Of a DNA stretch of 64,000 nt, positions 51,048 through 60,976 are shown piece by piece. A model generated the notes under the pieces. That model did no database searches, had not been told where the DNA came from, and saw only the letters and a program-made list of their open reading frames with translations. Every line of letters starts with the position of its first letter. Position 1 is the first letter of the stretch. Location of the stretch: positions 1 to 64,000 of IMG/VR virus record IMGVR_UViG_3300010885_020782. One strand, written 5' to 3'. This DNA is from a virus. The position numbers were made by a program, and so were the translations under genes.

Positions 51048-52091
51048 TTAGACTGTTGGGTCCTGTGATGAAGCAATGATGAAGTCAACAGGTGAATCAG
51101 CGTTATAAGTGATTCCACCAGGAACGTTATAACCTGTTGTAGATGACTGATAAGCAAAACTATTTACAGGTAAATAACCACGCTGGCGAACTGCTGTTCC
51201 AACTGGTGATACTGCTGCTGAAGCAACATCTGTTGCTGTCTTAGCATATGTAAATGTGTTGTTGGTCTTATTAGTAATTAGATAAGTACCATTGAATGTA
51301 GAATCTACACCAGCAACAGTAACGGTCTGGCCAATATCAAAGCCATGCGCTGCTGAAGTAGTAAGAGTTGCTACGTTAGAAGTCAAAGACTTGTTGCTAA
51401 CTGATACTGACTTAGCGTCAAACCAGTCGTAGAAGCCCTTGAGACCTGTTGGAGCCCATGAACCGCGAGCGTATGAGTATGGACGCTGCGCTGCAACTGG
51501 GAACTCCCAACGACCATCTGGACCTGTTCCAAAGAACTGGTTTCCAAGGCCGTAACCTTCAAATGTGTTTGCAAGCATTCCGTTTTCAATTACACGGTCA
51601 CCTGACTGGCGTAACTTGACGTATGGGAATACCCAGTAGAAGTATGGATTTGTTGTTGCACGCTTTCCATCTTTTACTGCAAATGACCAAACTTCTAGAG
51701 CAACACCGTTTCCTGCTGGATTATCGCCAACTGCTGGTGCGGCCCAGCCGACTGACTGATTGTCAGGTGTTCCAAGTGTTCCAAAGTTCTTACGAAGTAG
51801 CAAGCCACCTGAAAGAAGTGATGTTAATTCTGGGTCTGGTTCGCAAATTGCGAGTTCCATTGTGATGCGCTTGAGTGTGTCTGGTGCCTTGTATGAAACG
51901 CAAATTGTTCCATCGGCTGACTTCTCAACAATTTCGTCACCCTCTTCGTATTCTGGGGTAAATGAAGCGCGAAGGAACGCCGAGGTTGTGTAACTGTCAC
52001 CATCGTTAGTGAGTAGGTTACCCGAGGCGTCGAGTCGTGTGACTCGAATCGCCACACCTTGGACGGAAGCCGCGTAGTCCTGAGTGGCCAT
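51048..52091 (-). CDS. Major tail (tube) protein with a C-terminal accessory beta module
   Basis: AIRVTRLDASG...EIVEKSADGTIC...ELAICEPDPEL...YWVFP; position after the capsid genes. Confidence 0.82.
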   Translation of the reverse strand: MATQDYAASVQGVAIRVTRLDASGNLLTNDGDSYTTSAFLRASFTPEYEEGDEIVEKSADGTICVSYKAPDTLKRITMELAICEPDPELTSLLSGGLLLRKNFGTLGTPDNQSVGWAAPAVGDNPAGNGVALEVWSFAVKDGKRATTNPYFYWVFPYVKLRQSGDRVIENGMLANTFEGYGLGNQFFGTGPDGRWEFPVAAQRPYSYARGSWAPTGLKGFYDWFDAKSVSVSNKSLTSNVATLTTSAAHGFDIGQTVTVAGVDSTFNGTYLITNKTNNTFTYAKTATDVASAAVSPVGTAVRQRGYLPVNSFAYQSSTTGYNVPGGITYNADSPVDFIIASSQDPTV

Positions 52092-52116
52092 TCTGTATCT
52101 CCTTAGTTAGTTTTTA

Positions 52117-52998
52117 CTATGCAAGCGCAGGTACTGCTACCCGCACTGCAAAATGGATAGATGGGTCAAAGTAGACCGCAGCAGCACGGACGCCCTTGAT
52201 AATCATGTCATTAATTCTAGCATTTATGCCCTGAGCGAGATTCTCATTTACAATCTCTGACTTACTTAGGTGAACCTCTAATGCTCCTGTAGCAAACATC
52301 CAACGATTTGTAAGCGACGCTGCTGCGTTGGCATTACCTATTGGACCTGCTCCTGTGTATCCAGAACCGATTACTACATCAGTTCCAAGACGAGTCATAA
52401 CTCTTCCAGGCTTTGATTCCGTTCCTGGAATGTAGACAAGTTTTGCTCCAAGAATTGAAGCAACATCTCTTGTCATGTGAATGACTCCAGATGTACCAGT
52501 TGGTGAATCAGCGATGGATTGCTCCAAATGGAACAAAGCATCTGATGCTGAATATGCACCTGCAACTGGAATAGTTGATGCCCCTGTTTTACTTAAAAAT
52601 CTATTTGTATTACTTGCCGCTAGTGCAGCACTTCCAGCCCACAACTCACGCTCTACGGCTTTTTGAGTTGCTGCTTCTAACTTCTTTAGTGCTTCATCAA
52701 AACGGTCTTCCCCAAGAACGCCAAGAGCACTACGAGAAACTTCTGATTCAATAAAGAATGGGTTGTAATCTTCGTAAATTGCCAAACTAGTAGCATCAAA
52801 TAAAGTTCCACCAGAAACGGTGTCATCATTTTCAGTTAATAGTCTTACTGTTGCACGAGAATTAAACTTGTGAGAAAAGCCACGAACCCAGGTCTCGTCG
52901 TTTGCACGAGCCCCGTGTTCAGTCACATTGGCAACGCTCAAGAGTCCGCAAGGAGCAGGGACTAATTTAGGGGCCTCAAAGACTCCATCAAATGCCAT
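52117..52998 (-). CDS. Second capsid-related protein (candidate pentamer/vertex protein)
   Basis: Directly downstream of the MCP; about 290 aa; PAPCGLLSVA, VERELW, GVIHM, LGTDVVIGSGY. Confidence 0.55.
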   Translation of the reverse strand: MAFDGVFEAPKLVPAPCGLLSVANVTEHGARANDETWVRGFSHKFNSRATVRLLTENDDTVSGGTLFDATSLAIYEDYNPFFIESEVSRSALGVLGEDRFDEALKKLEAATQKAVERELWAGSAALAASNTNRFLSKTGASTIPVAGAYSASDALFHLEQSIADSPTGTSGVIHMTRDVASILGAKLVYIPGTESKPGRVMTRLGTDVVIGSGYTGAGPIGNANAAASLTNRWMFATGALEVHLSKSEIVNENLAQGINARINDMIIKGVRAAAVYFDPSIHFAVRVAVPALA

Positions 52999-53061
52999 AT
53001 TTCTACTCCTTCAACTCTTGAGCGTTACCTAGTGAATTAATTTTTAACTATCGGGTACGGT

Positions 53062-55131
53062 TTAGTACTCAACAGCCGCAGCAGTTGCTCCACCAGTTGT
53101 GTCGCGGAGGGCAGCAGCCACACCGTTAACAGAGATGGTAGATGTAATGGCGAGAGACTCGACACCAACAAATGCGATGTTTTCGAATGTTTCAACGAAC
53201 ATCTTGTAGTCGTTAGTTCCGACTAGAGATGAATCGCGGATGATTCCGAGGTCAAGAGTACCGCCATCAAGGAACAAGAATGAACCTTCTGCGAATAGGT
53301 ACCATGTGAATGAATCTGCGAACTCGACAAGTGCGCCTGTGCTCTGTGCACCAAAGACTGTTGCGTCAAGAGCGGTAGTTAGGTTAACTCCGCGAGCCTT
53401 AACGTAGCCATTGATTTCTGACTGAGCAACAGCAAGACTGCTGTCACCAGGCATATTGAGAGTAAGGTCTGCTTGCATTGCGTCAAGAACCCAGCCAGGG
53501 ATGATTGCACGAAGTGGTGCATCAGTCTCTAGACGGTGACGTGAACGGTAAGCAGCAGCAGCGCGGCCAATCTGGACGAGGAAGTCACGACCAAAGCCGA
53601 TAAGGCTTGTAGTTGTAACTGCTGTTGAAGCAGTACCAATCTTTGAAAGAAGGTTCTGCTCTGCTTCACGAGCGTGCTGGATAAGACCCAACTCGTTGTG
53701 ACGAGCGATTAGTTCTGGGTAAGCACGAGTCATCAAGTTACCAAACTGCAACTGTAAAGTTACAGCATCTGTTGCAACAGTGTTTTCCTGTGCAGCAGAA
53801 ACAGTAAGTGATGTCTTGGTGTCTGTGCCAGGAGTAATATCCTTAGCGTTTGTCCAGATTCCTACAGCGTCTCCATATGATGAAAGAACTGGTGGTGTTA
53901 CGAAGCGGATACCGCCACGGTCAGCCTGGAATGTTGGAAGTGAATCGCGTACTGGACGTGCAGTGGTACCAAGACCAAAGATGTCGTACTTGATTGTGTA
54001 TGGTGCTGCGTGACCACCTGAAGCAACAAGTGCTTCTGGGCCAGTTACAGCCTGGATTTTTGCCCAGTTAGATTCAGCATCCTGAGTAAGGGTGCGTGAT
54101 TCTGGGAATGAAGTAGTGACAGATGCAACAATGTGCTGCTCTCCATCTCCACCGTTTACACGACGTAGGCCGTGTAGGCGCTTTGACATTGCTTCCGCAA
54201 CAGCGCTCATGTCGTTCATTGGGCTGCCGGCTGTATATCCAGGAATATCTGCGCCCGCTGTGATTGCCACAGGTGCGGCAGAAGACTGGGAGATAAGACG
54301 ACGGTCAGCCGGGACCTCAATGTTGAGGTTGTCTGCATTTTCGGCAGCGGCGGTCACAGGTGCCTCCATAGTTTCTTGAACCAAAGTTGGTTCACTTGCT
54401 TCTGATTTGGTTGATGCTTCTGAACCATCAACTGCGTCTGCAACTGCTGCGTCTGCTGCTGCATCATCTGATGCTGCTGCTTCCTCTGCTGTTGCTTCTG
54501 CTGCTGGTGCTTCTTCTGCTACTGGAGCGGCAACTTCTGCTGCTACTTCAGTGGTTGCTTCAGCAACGGGCGCTGCTTCTGCGTTTTCAGTCGAGAACTC
54601 TAAGTTCTTCTCTGCATTAGTTGATGATGATTCGGTCATGGAATATTCCTTCTTGTCCTTTTTCTCCGTGTCTTCTTCAGCAGGAGTTTCTTTTGCTTCT
54701 TCTTCGGGAGTTCCTTCTTCAACAACAGGAGCATCAGCAACAGGTGCTTCTTCTTCCATTGGTGCAGCAGCAACTTCTTCTTTAGGCATTTCTTCTACTG
54801 GAGCAGCAGGTGCTTCTGCATCTGCTGGTGCGGCATCAGGATTTTCTTCATCCATTGACTTATCCGCTGCTTCGCCATCTTGTCCGTGTACGCGGTTAGC
54901 GGCCTCGGCTGCTCGCTGTGCGAGTTCTTTGGCCGCAGTTTCGCGGCGCATGACTTCGTTTCTAACTCCGTCAAGCATATCGGCAAGCGACGTCATCGCG
55001 TCAACTGTTGCAAGAGAAGGTTCTTCTTTCTCAACCGTTTCAAACTCTTTGATGATTGAACTCTGTAGTTCGCTGACTTGTGAGTCATCGAGGTCTGAGA
55101 GTTGGTCCATCATTGTTTTGATTTGGTCCAT
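53062..55131 (-). CDS. Major capsid protein precursor with a fused N-terminal scaffold (coiled coil plus acidic linker)
   Basis: Helical N-terminus, E/A/P-rich linker, then after ALVASGG (aa 367-373) about 318 aa of HK97-like size (LPTFQADRGGI, FLFLDGGTLDLGIIRDS). Confidence 0.85.
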   Translation of the reverse strand: MDQIKTMMDQLSDLDDSQVSELQSSIIKEFETVEKEEPSLATVDAMTSLADMLDGVRNEVMRRETAAKELAQRAAEAANRVHGQDGEAADKSMDEENPDAAPADAEAPAAPVEEMPKEEVAAAPMEEEAPVADAPVVEEGTPEEEAKETPAEEDTEKKDKKEYSMTESSSTNAEKNLEFSTENAEAAPVAEATTEVAAEVAAPVAEEAPAAEATAEEAAASDDAAADAAVADAVDGSEASTKSEASEPTLVQETMEAPVTAAAENADNLNIEVPADRRLISQSSAAPVAITAGADIPGYTAGSPMNDMSAVAEAMSKRLHGLRRVNGGDGEQHIVASVTTSFPESRTLTQDAESNWAKIQAVTGPEALVASGGHAAPYTIKYDIFGLGTTARPVRDSLPTFQADRGGIRFVTPPVLSSYGDAVGIWTNAKDITPGTDTKTSLTVSAAQENTVATDAVTLQLQFGNLMTRAYPELIARHNELGLIQHAREAEQNLLSKIGTASTAVTTTSLIGFGRDFLVQIGRAAAAYRSRHRLETDAPLRAIIPGWVLDAMQADLTLNMPGDSSLAVAQSEINGYVKARGVNLTTALDATVFGAQSTGALVEFADSFTWYLFAEGSFLFLDGGTLDLGIIRDSSLVGTNDYKMFVETFENIAFVGVESLAITSTISVNGVAAALRDTTGGATAAAVEY

Positions 55132-55134
55132 ACT

Positions 55135-55236
55135 GTCCCTCCTCTGGGCCAGTCACGACAGGCTAATAATTCCTGTCTCGCTGTCAGTCGAGGCCGAGGG
55201 ACTCCAATACGCAATAAATGCGTGGAGGCACTCCAC
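55135..55236 (-). promoter_or_regulatory. Structured 5' leader of the capsid mRNA sequestering the RBS
   Basis: gtccctc/gagggac, ggcc/ggcc, gacagg/cctgtc, plus gtggag/ctccac and acgca/tgcgt hairpins. Confidence 0.55.
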
Positions 55237-55301
55237 CTAGTACTGAATATTACATTAGTTTTATTAGTGTGATTTTTGGTTTTGTACGATTTTTATAGAA
55301 C

Positions 55302-58300
55302 TTAGGTAAGTAAGCGAAGGAGTTTTGACATCTGGCTAGAAATCTCTCCCTGGTTGAAATAGTCCCCACCAGACATAAAAGTCTTTAGCCCTTGCGTAGC
55401 CTCAGCCGCGTCCTTATCACCAATTTTGTCTTTTACACGGGAAATCATATCTCGCATAAGGTCTTGTAGTACGGGTGGGACATCAGAAAAACGAATTTTT
55501 TGAGCATCTTTTCCAAAGGCAAAAGGTAAGTTTGCAATGGTCTTGCCAAGCATTCCAGCCGTAATTCGAACGTTTTCTAAAGATTGAGCATTTAGTGCCC
55601 CAGAGTCAAGACGGTCAACCATGCCAAGAAGTTCGCCAGCAGCCTTAGCAGATGCTAGATAATCACCAGTGTCACCTAGTTGTTCTATTTTCTCAATTTT
55701 GGCAAGGGCTTCAGCAGAACCATTTGGTCCTAAGTCAGCCTTAAGTCTTGCCAGCACAGTGCGGAATTTTCCTGAAGTATCTCTAGGCTGAGTCTTTCCA
55801 GGAACATACTTTCCACCAACCTTGCGCTCTACTTGACGCTTAGCCTTAAGTTCTTGTTTTAGAGCCTTAAGTTCTTCATCTGAGAGGTCTTTAATATCTT
55901 TATCAGTAATTTTAACTACTGGCTTTTCAACTCCAACAGGTGCAGGGGTTGCTGGTTGAGTAGGAACTTCTGCTTCTGGTGCTGCCGCAGTAATTGGTCC
56001 GCCAACTACCCAGGCATCGCAGGTGCGAGATGATGCACACTTAAAATCAAATGCTTCGCAGTATCCAAGTTCTGCTGTATCAATTGCATCCCAAGCATTT
56101 GCCTTACTTGAATCTCCTGCTTCTAAACCAGCAGAGATACAGTCCAACATTTTTGGTGTACGGATAAACATTACACAGTTTCCACATACAGATTTTTTAG
56201 CCTCTTGAATATCTACAGACCAACGAGTTGCTTTGGCTTGCCAAAACTTATCATTAGGTTCTTGTGGATTAAGAGGACCATAGCCACCATTGTCAATTGC
56301 CTTTTGGCGATTGGCTAAGTTGATAGAAATATCTCCCGTTGCAGGAGGGCAAGCGTCAGCAGAATCTGCTGATACTGGTGCCTGACCCCCCTCAACGAAA
56401 GGGAGTTCTTTAACATCTCCTGATGCTAAAACTGCTTCTACAATTGCAATTCTTTCACGCAAACTTGCAGTTACAGTAGTGTCTGATGCTTCTTTCCATG
56501 CTTCAGGAATAATATCTTTGCGGTCTAGAGCGCGAGCCATTTTAACAATATGGCGACGAACTAGTCCACGCTTTCCTGGCTTAGCGCGGCCAAAAGCGTG
56601 AATTGCATTACGCAAATCGCTTTCGTTACGAATAGGGAAAGAGCCATCCTTAAGTGCCTTTCCTTCTTCAGCCAATTTAATACGTTCACGACGTGGGATT
56701 ATTGCTAACTCAGTTGTGTCGTCGTCCAGCATCTGAGTCATGTAAAAAGAATCTGCATCCTTGATACTTTTAAAACGCTTTGAAAGTTCTCCTGCTTTTA
56801 CAGCAGCAGTCATTGATTCCATACGAGCCTTTGCATCATTAGCAGCAGCAACTAGTGGTTCAGTTGTTACTGACTCAACGCGGTCTAGGCGAGCCTGAAT
56901 ATCTGCAAGAGGGTCATGCTTTAGTTGAGCAAGAACACTTGCACCTGCTGCAACAAGAGCCATTACCTGGCCTGATGCAACGCGAGCGCGAGCAATTGGG
57001 AATCCTGGAACGTTTACTTGGCAAACAGCAACAAGTTCAAGACCACCCTTAATTGGACGCCAATCACCTGATGGTGCTGATGCACGAAGTGAACGAATCT
57101 GTTCTGGAGTTGTCCCTGGGCGTAGTGCACCAGAAACATAAATTCCGTATGCGTCTTCACCTGCATGAACATCTGCAATTGCTGAAGCAGTGTCGTCATA
57201 GTGACGAACAGCCTCTGATGCTGATGCTTCAAGTGAAGCGTGTCCACCAGCAAGAGTTAGTTGACCAACAGGCACATCGGCGCCTTCTTCAGTCTTTACA
57301 ACTCCTGTATGGAAGTAGGCGTAGTTGCTACGACTACGAGGTGGCTTTGTTCCAAAAGCCATTCCAATGTGGTCAACGTGCCATGCGGCAATGTGACCAT
57401 AAACTTTTCCATCATCAGTTACTGTCAGAGCAGTTGGCTTTGTCAACTTAGGGTTGTCGAACCACTCTTTTGGTGGAGTTACTGGAATCATTCCAGCAAC
57501 TAGTCCACAAGCGACAAGTGCTGATGCGTCGAGAGGGTTTACACCTTCGACATATACACCGTCAGATAGCATTGCTTTTTCCTCCTGCTCTGGGGCCTTT
57601 GCTTCAGCAATCTTAATGGTGCATTCCTGAAACGCTGGCTTTGGGACAATAGTTACAGCCATAACTCTTGCCTTTGTTATCTTCATTTTACCTGCTCCGA
57701 CCTTGGTGTCAGCGCCAGGTTCTGAAGCATTTGTTTCTTCATCTGCTTCAAAATTATCCATATCAGCGGATACGCCACGGATAAACCCACCGCGAACTAG
57801 TCTTTCCGCTTCTTTTCCGTGCTCTCCAGTATCAAACCAGCCACGAGCATTTCCAATACCGTTTTCTGTTCTTTCCATCTCGGTAATCTTGCCCACAACA
57901 ACTGACCCAGAATGTCCCTCGCCAGTAGCAATTTGCCACATCAAAGGAAGAGGAAGTTCACGCATTGTGATTACTCCACTATCAAATTTACGTCCATCTC
58001 CAGACTCAACTCCTTCTGGAATCACTAGAGGAATAAAGAATGGTGCGCCTTTTTCCCCAGTAGGAGCAGACTCTGTCTGCTGTGCACGCCATTCGGCAGA
58101 TGCAATAACTGAATCCTTTGAAATGATAAAGTCATTGCTATACAAGCGTTTTCCACTTGCAGTGACTTTATCAATTTGACGATGTTCTTTATCGCCAGTC
58201 CACATACCTGTTGCTTCGTGATGACGAAGAGCACAATAGCCTTTAGCACGAGGACCCATGTATTTAGAAAGTTGACGAACGCAGCGTGTCCAGTCTCCTG

Positions 58301-60974
58301 GAGTATTCCAACGAATCTTTGCTGCACCTTTTCCGTGTAGCCAATAGTCACGAAGGTCTTCTGCATTACCACGGTTCTTATCAATACCGCCCGCAGCCAT
58401 CATTGAAACAATTGCTGAAGCAGTTGCTGCTTCTGGACCATCAATCTGTCCCAAAACATCTGCCAAAGTTGGGTTATCTAAAACAACAACTGGTGGTGGT
58501 GTAGGGCTGTTTAGGTCATTAAGAATTGCTTCATCCTTAACCCATTTACTTTCTTTACGCTTAAAAGTTGTAGGAACTTCTGATTGAGAATTTTTTGGAA
58601 CAAGAGCAATAAGGTCCATTACAGCCTGTGCATCATCTGGTGCAACAATAGCCATATAGACAGGTGGAACATCAGAAGTATCTGGAGTAAGTTCAACGTT
58701 TTCTCCAGATGCAATAATTGCTGAAGCAGTCTTTGGCTTATCAACAATAGTTCCAGAAGAAGTCATCATCTTGCCAGCAGGAACTACAACACCTTTACGT
58801 CCATAGTAGACAGTTCCATCAGCAGCCTTATACTCTCTAATTCCGTCATAATTTTTGTCATATTTTTCTTTAGAAGTTCCAAGTTCACCAGTATCTCTAA
58901 GAGCACCATAAGACTCTCCTGGTTTAACTACAGCACCAGCATACTTATATCCTTCTTTAGGAATTTCTACATAGACACCCTTGATAGGGGTTCCTTCTTT
59001 ATCTGTTTCAACAGGATTTCCGTTAATCATTGCTGTATAAATTGGAGCCTGTGGTGTACCAGTTTGAACTACTCCATTAGGAAGTGTCTTACTTGTAGAT
59101 ACAGTCTTTGCTGGAGCGGCAGGCTGAGCAGTTGGCTTAGAAAAACCTTTTGCTGGTTGCTGATATGCAGGACTAGTCATAGAAGGCATTGCTTCTTTGT
59201 TTTTAATAAAATTGCCAACACTAGATGTCTTATCTTTATATGCCTCAACTGAATTTGGATTAATACCAGCAAGGTCAGGGCGATACCAGATAGCGTTTGG
59301 ATAACTTACTTCACCTGTAGGAGAAACAACTTTCTTTTCAAGAAAGTTTCTTAGCAATGGATTGTTATAAGCATTAGGTGTCTGATAAGCATTTTTTGCA
59401 GTAAGTGGTGCAGGAGGAGTTGCTGGAGCCTGAGTCCCCGCTTTAAGACTTGCAGCACGCTCTCCACCAACAAAATTAGGGTAGTCAGCAACAACGGTAG
59501 ATGTTTGCTGAGGTGTCATAGAAGACATACGCTCTGGAAGACGAGCACCTGCTTTATCGGCAGGAGGTTTTGTTTCGCCAAGAATATTACGAGTTAATGC
59601 TTTTGCTTGCTCTGGAGTTGGAGCAGATGCTTCTGGTGCTTCTACAAATCCTTCGGCTTCTTGAGTAAGGTTTCCTGGAACATCAACAGTTACGCCATTA
59701 TCTAATTCAACTCTGACAGTCTGAGTATCAGCATTCATTCCAACAATCTTGCCTGTGTATTTAGACTTTCCACCAATAACAACTTGTGAACCAGCCTTAG
59801 CAAACATACCTAGTTTGTTGCGAACCTGTCCGCTAGCGTTCTGTGAGCGTTCTGCTGGGGTATATTTTCCATCGCCTTTTTGAATATCTCCAGTAGGTGC
59901 ATCCCCTTGTGTAGGAGCAGCAACTGGTGCGCCAACAGCAAACATAGCCTCTTCATACTCTGGGTCATCGCCCATAGATAGACGATAAATTTCTTCCCAG
60001 TCAATATCATCTACTGCTTCTGATACAAGCCCTGACTCTTCAGGATTTACTTGAGTGACACCAACATACTTATATGGGTCAACATCAAACATTCCAGAGA
60101 TTGCAATAGCAGATTCAATATCTACAGGAACGTGCATCTTTTCTACAACATCTGAAGCGTCATCTAATGATTTGTCGTATGTGAGGAAGTCATGGTTAAG
60201 GTTTCCAAGGTCTTCCCACATTCCGTCATCCCAAACAGCAACTTCTCCTGTTGGTTCACACTTATAAAGACGGTCAATACCTGTACCATCTAAACGAATA
60301 CGAATAAAAAATTCTGGAGCAAGTTCTGCTGGTAAAGTGCGAGCAAGTTCAAAAGCATTTAATTCTACTGCTGTAGGGTCATTCTGCTCGGACATGATGT
60401 ATCGGTATGAAGCAGTAATAGAGTTTGATTGCGCTTTTTTGTTTTCACGTTCAACAATTGCTGATGCCCAGCGTTTTGCGGCATCCCCGCCCCAAAGAGC
60501 CCAGGCAATACGACCATTAGATGGATAAGACTTCTGACCTGGCTTGTAACCAGTGCCTTTCTTATCCACTTCGTGGCGTGGGAAATATTTTGCAATATGA
60601 CGAATCTTTTTAATGCCAATCTGTCCACCCTTAGCAAGAGTGCGAGCAGTATTCATACCAACTGGTGTGCCACCGCGGTGATGTTCTTTATGCCAATCTA
60701 AAGCACGCTGTGCTTCAGCCTTAACAGCATCTGGAATCGTATACATACGGTCATTGCTTGAGAAGACTTTAATATCTAAATCTGTTGTTGCAGATAATGC
60801 TAGTTCGTAAGGCACTGAGTCAGGCTTATCTTGGTGCCCTTCTGGAACGAATGAAGCCAGCACTGTAGAAGCAGTGCTTATGTTAGATACAAGATTCTGT
60901 TTTTCGTTAACAAAAACAGCCGTGTTATCAATTACAAATAGAACTTCATCGCCTTTGCGACCTACGAACTTCAT
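55302..60974 (-). CDS. 1890-aa multidomain head-morphogenesis protein containing an HK97-like capsid maturation protease
   Basis: Protease region aa ~960-1140 (GVESGDGRKF, LPLPLMWQ, GHSGSVVVG, RGVSADMD) plus several unrelated small domains; immediately upstream of the MCP. Confidence 0.82.
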   Translation of the reverse strand: MKFVGRKGDEVLFVIDNTAVFVNEKQNLVSNISTASTVLASFVPEGHQDKPDSVPYELALSATTDLDIKVFSSNDRMYTIPDAVKAEAQRALDWHKEHHRGGTPVGMNTARTLAKGGQIGIKKIRHIAKYFPRHEVDKKGTGYKPGQKSYPSNGRIAWALWGGDAAKRWASAIVERENKKAQSNSITASYRYIMSEQNDPTAVELNAFELARTLPAELAPEFFIRIRLDGTGIDRLYKCEPTGEVAVWDDGMWEDLGNLNHDFLTYDKSLDDASDVVEKMHVPVDIESAIAISGMFDVDPYKYVGVTQVNPEESGLVSEAVDDIDWEEIYRLSMGDDPEYEEAMFAVGAPVAAPTQGDAPTGDIQKGDGKYTPAERSQNASGQVRNKLGMFAKAGSQVVIGGKSKYTGKIVGMNADTQTVRVELDNGVTVDVPGNLTQEAEGFVEAPEASAPTPEQAKALTRNILGETKPPADKAGARLPERMSSMTPQQTSTVVADYPNFVGGERAASLKAGTQAPATPPAPLTAKNAYQTPNAYNNPLLRNFLEKKVVSPTGEVSYPNAIWYRPDLAGINPNSVEAYKDKTSSVGNFIKNKEAMPSMTSPAYQQPAKGFSKPTAQPAAPAKTVSTSKTLPNGVVQTGTPQAPIYTAMINGNPVETDKEGTPIKGVYVEIPKEGYKYAGAVVKPGESYGALRDTGELGTSKEKYDKNYDGIREYKAADGTVYYGRKGVVVPAGKMMTSSGTIVDKPKTASAIIASGENVELTPDTSDVPPVYMAIVAPDDAQAVMDLIALVPKNSQSEVPTTFKRKESKWVKDEAILNDLNSPTPPPVVVLDNPTLADVLGQIDGPEAATASAIVSMMAAGGIDKNRGNAEDLRDYWLHGKGAAKIRWNTPGDWTRCVRQLSKYMGPRAKGYCALRHHEATGMWTGDKEHRQIDKVTASGKRLYSNDFIISKDSVIASAEWRAQQTESAPTGEKGAPFFIPLVIPEGVESGDGRKFDSGVITMRELPLPLMWQIATGEGHSGSVVVGKITEMERTENGIGNARGWFDTGEHGKEAERLVRGGFIRGVSADMDNFEADEETNASEPGADTKVGAGKMKITKARVMAVTIVPKPAFQECTIKIAEAKAPEQEEKAMLSDGVYVEGVNPLDASALVACGLVAGMIPVTPPKEWFDNPKLTKPTALTVTDDGKVYGHIAAWHVDHIGMAFGTKPPRSRSNYAYFHTGVVKTEEGADVPVGQLTLAGGHASLEASASEAVRHYDDTASAIADVHAGEDAYGIYVSGALRPGTTPEQIRSLRASAPSGDWRPIKGGLELVAVCQVNVPGFPIARARVASGQVMALVAAGASVLAQLKHDPLADIQARLDRVESVTTEPLVAAANDAKARMESMTAAVKAGELSKRFKSIKDADSFYMTQMLDDDTTELAIIPRRERIKLAEEGKALKDGSFPIRNESDLRNAIHAFGRAKPGKRGLVRRHIVKMARALDRKDIIPEAWKEASDTTVTASLRERIAIVEAVLASGDVKELPFVEGGQAPVSADSADACPPATGDISINLANRQKAIDNGGYGPLNPQEPNDKFWQAKATRWSVDIQEAKKSVCGNCVMFIRTPKMLDCISAGLEAGDSSKANAWDAIDTAELGYCEAFDFKCASSRTCDAWVVGGPITAAAPEAEVPTQPATPAPVGVEKPVVKITDKDIKDLSDEELKALKQELKAKRQVERKVGGKYVPGKTQPRDTSGKFRTVLARLKADLGPNGSAEALAKIEKIEQLGDTGDYLASAKAAGELLGMVDRLDSGALNAQSLENVRITAGMLGKTIANLPFAFGKDAQKIRFSDVPPVLQDLMRDMISRVKDKIGDKDAAEATQGLKTFMSGGDYFNQGEISSQMSKLLRLLT

Positions 60975-60976
60975 TT

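Noticed and set aside
54407-55240. 277-aa plus-strand ORF opposite the MCP
   Set aside because: Ser/Ala-rich mirror of the E/A-rich scaffold linker; no recognisable domain.
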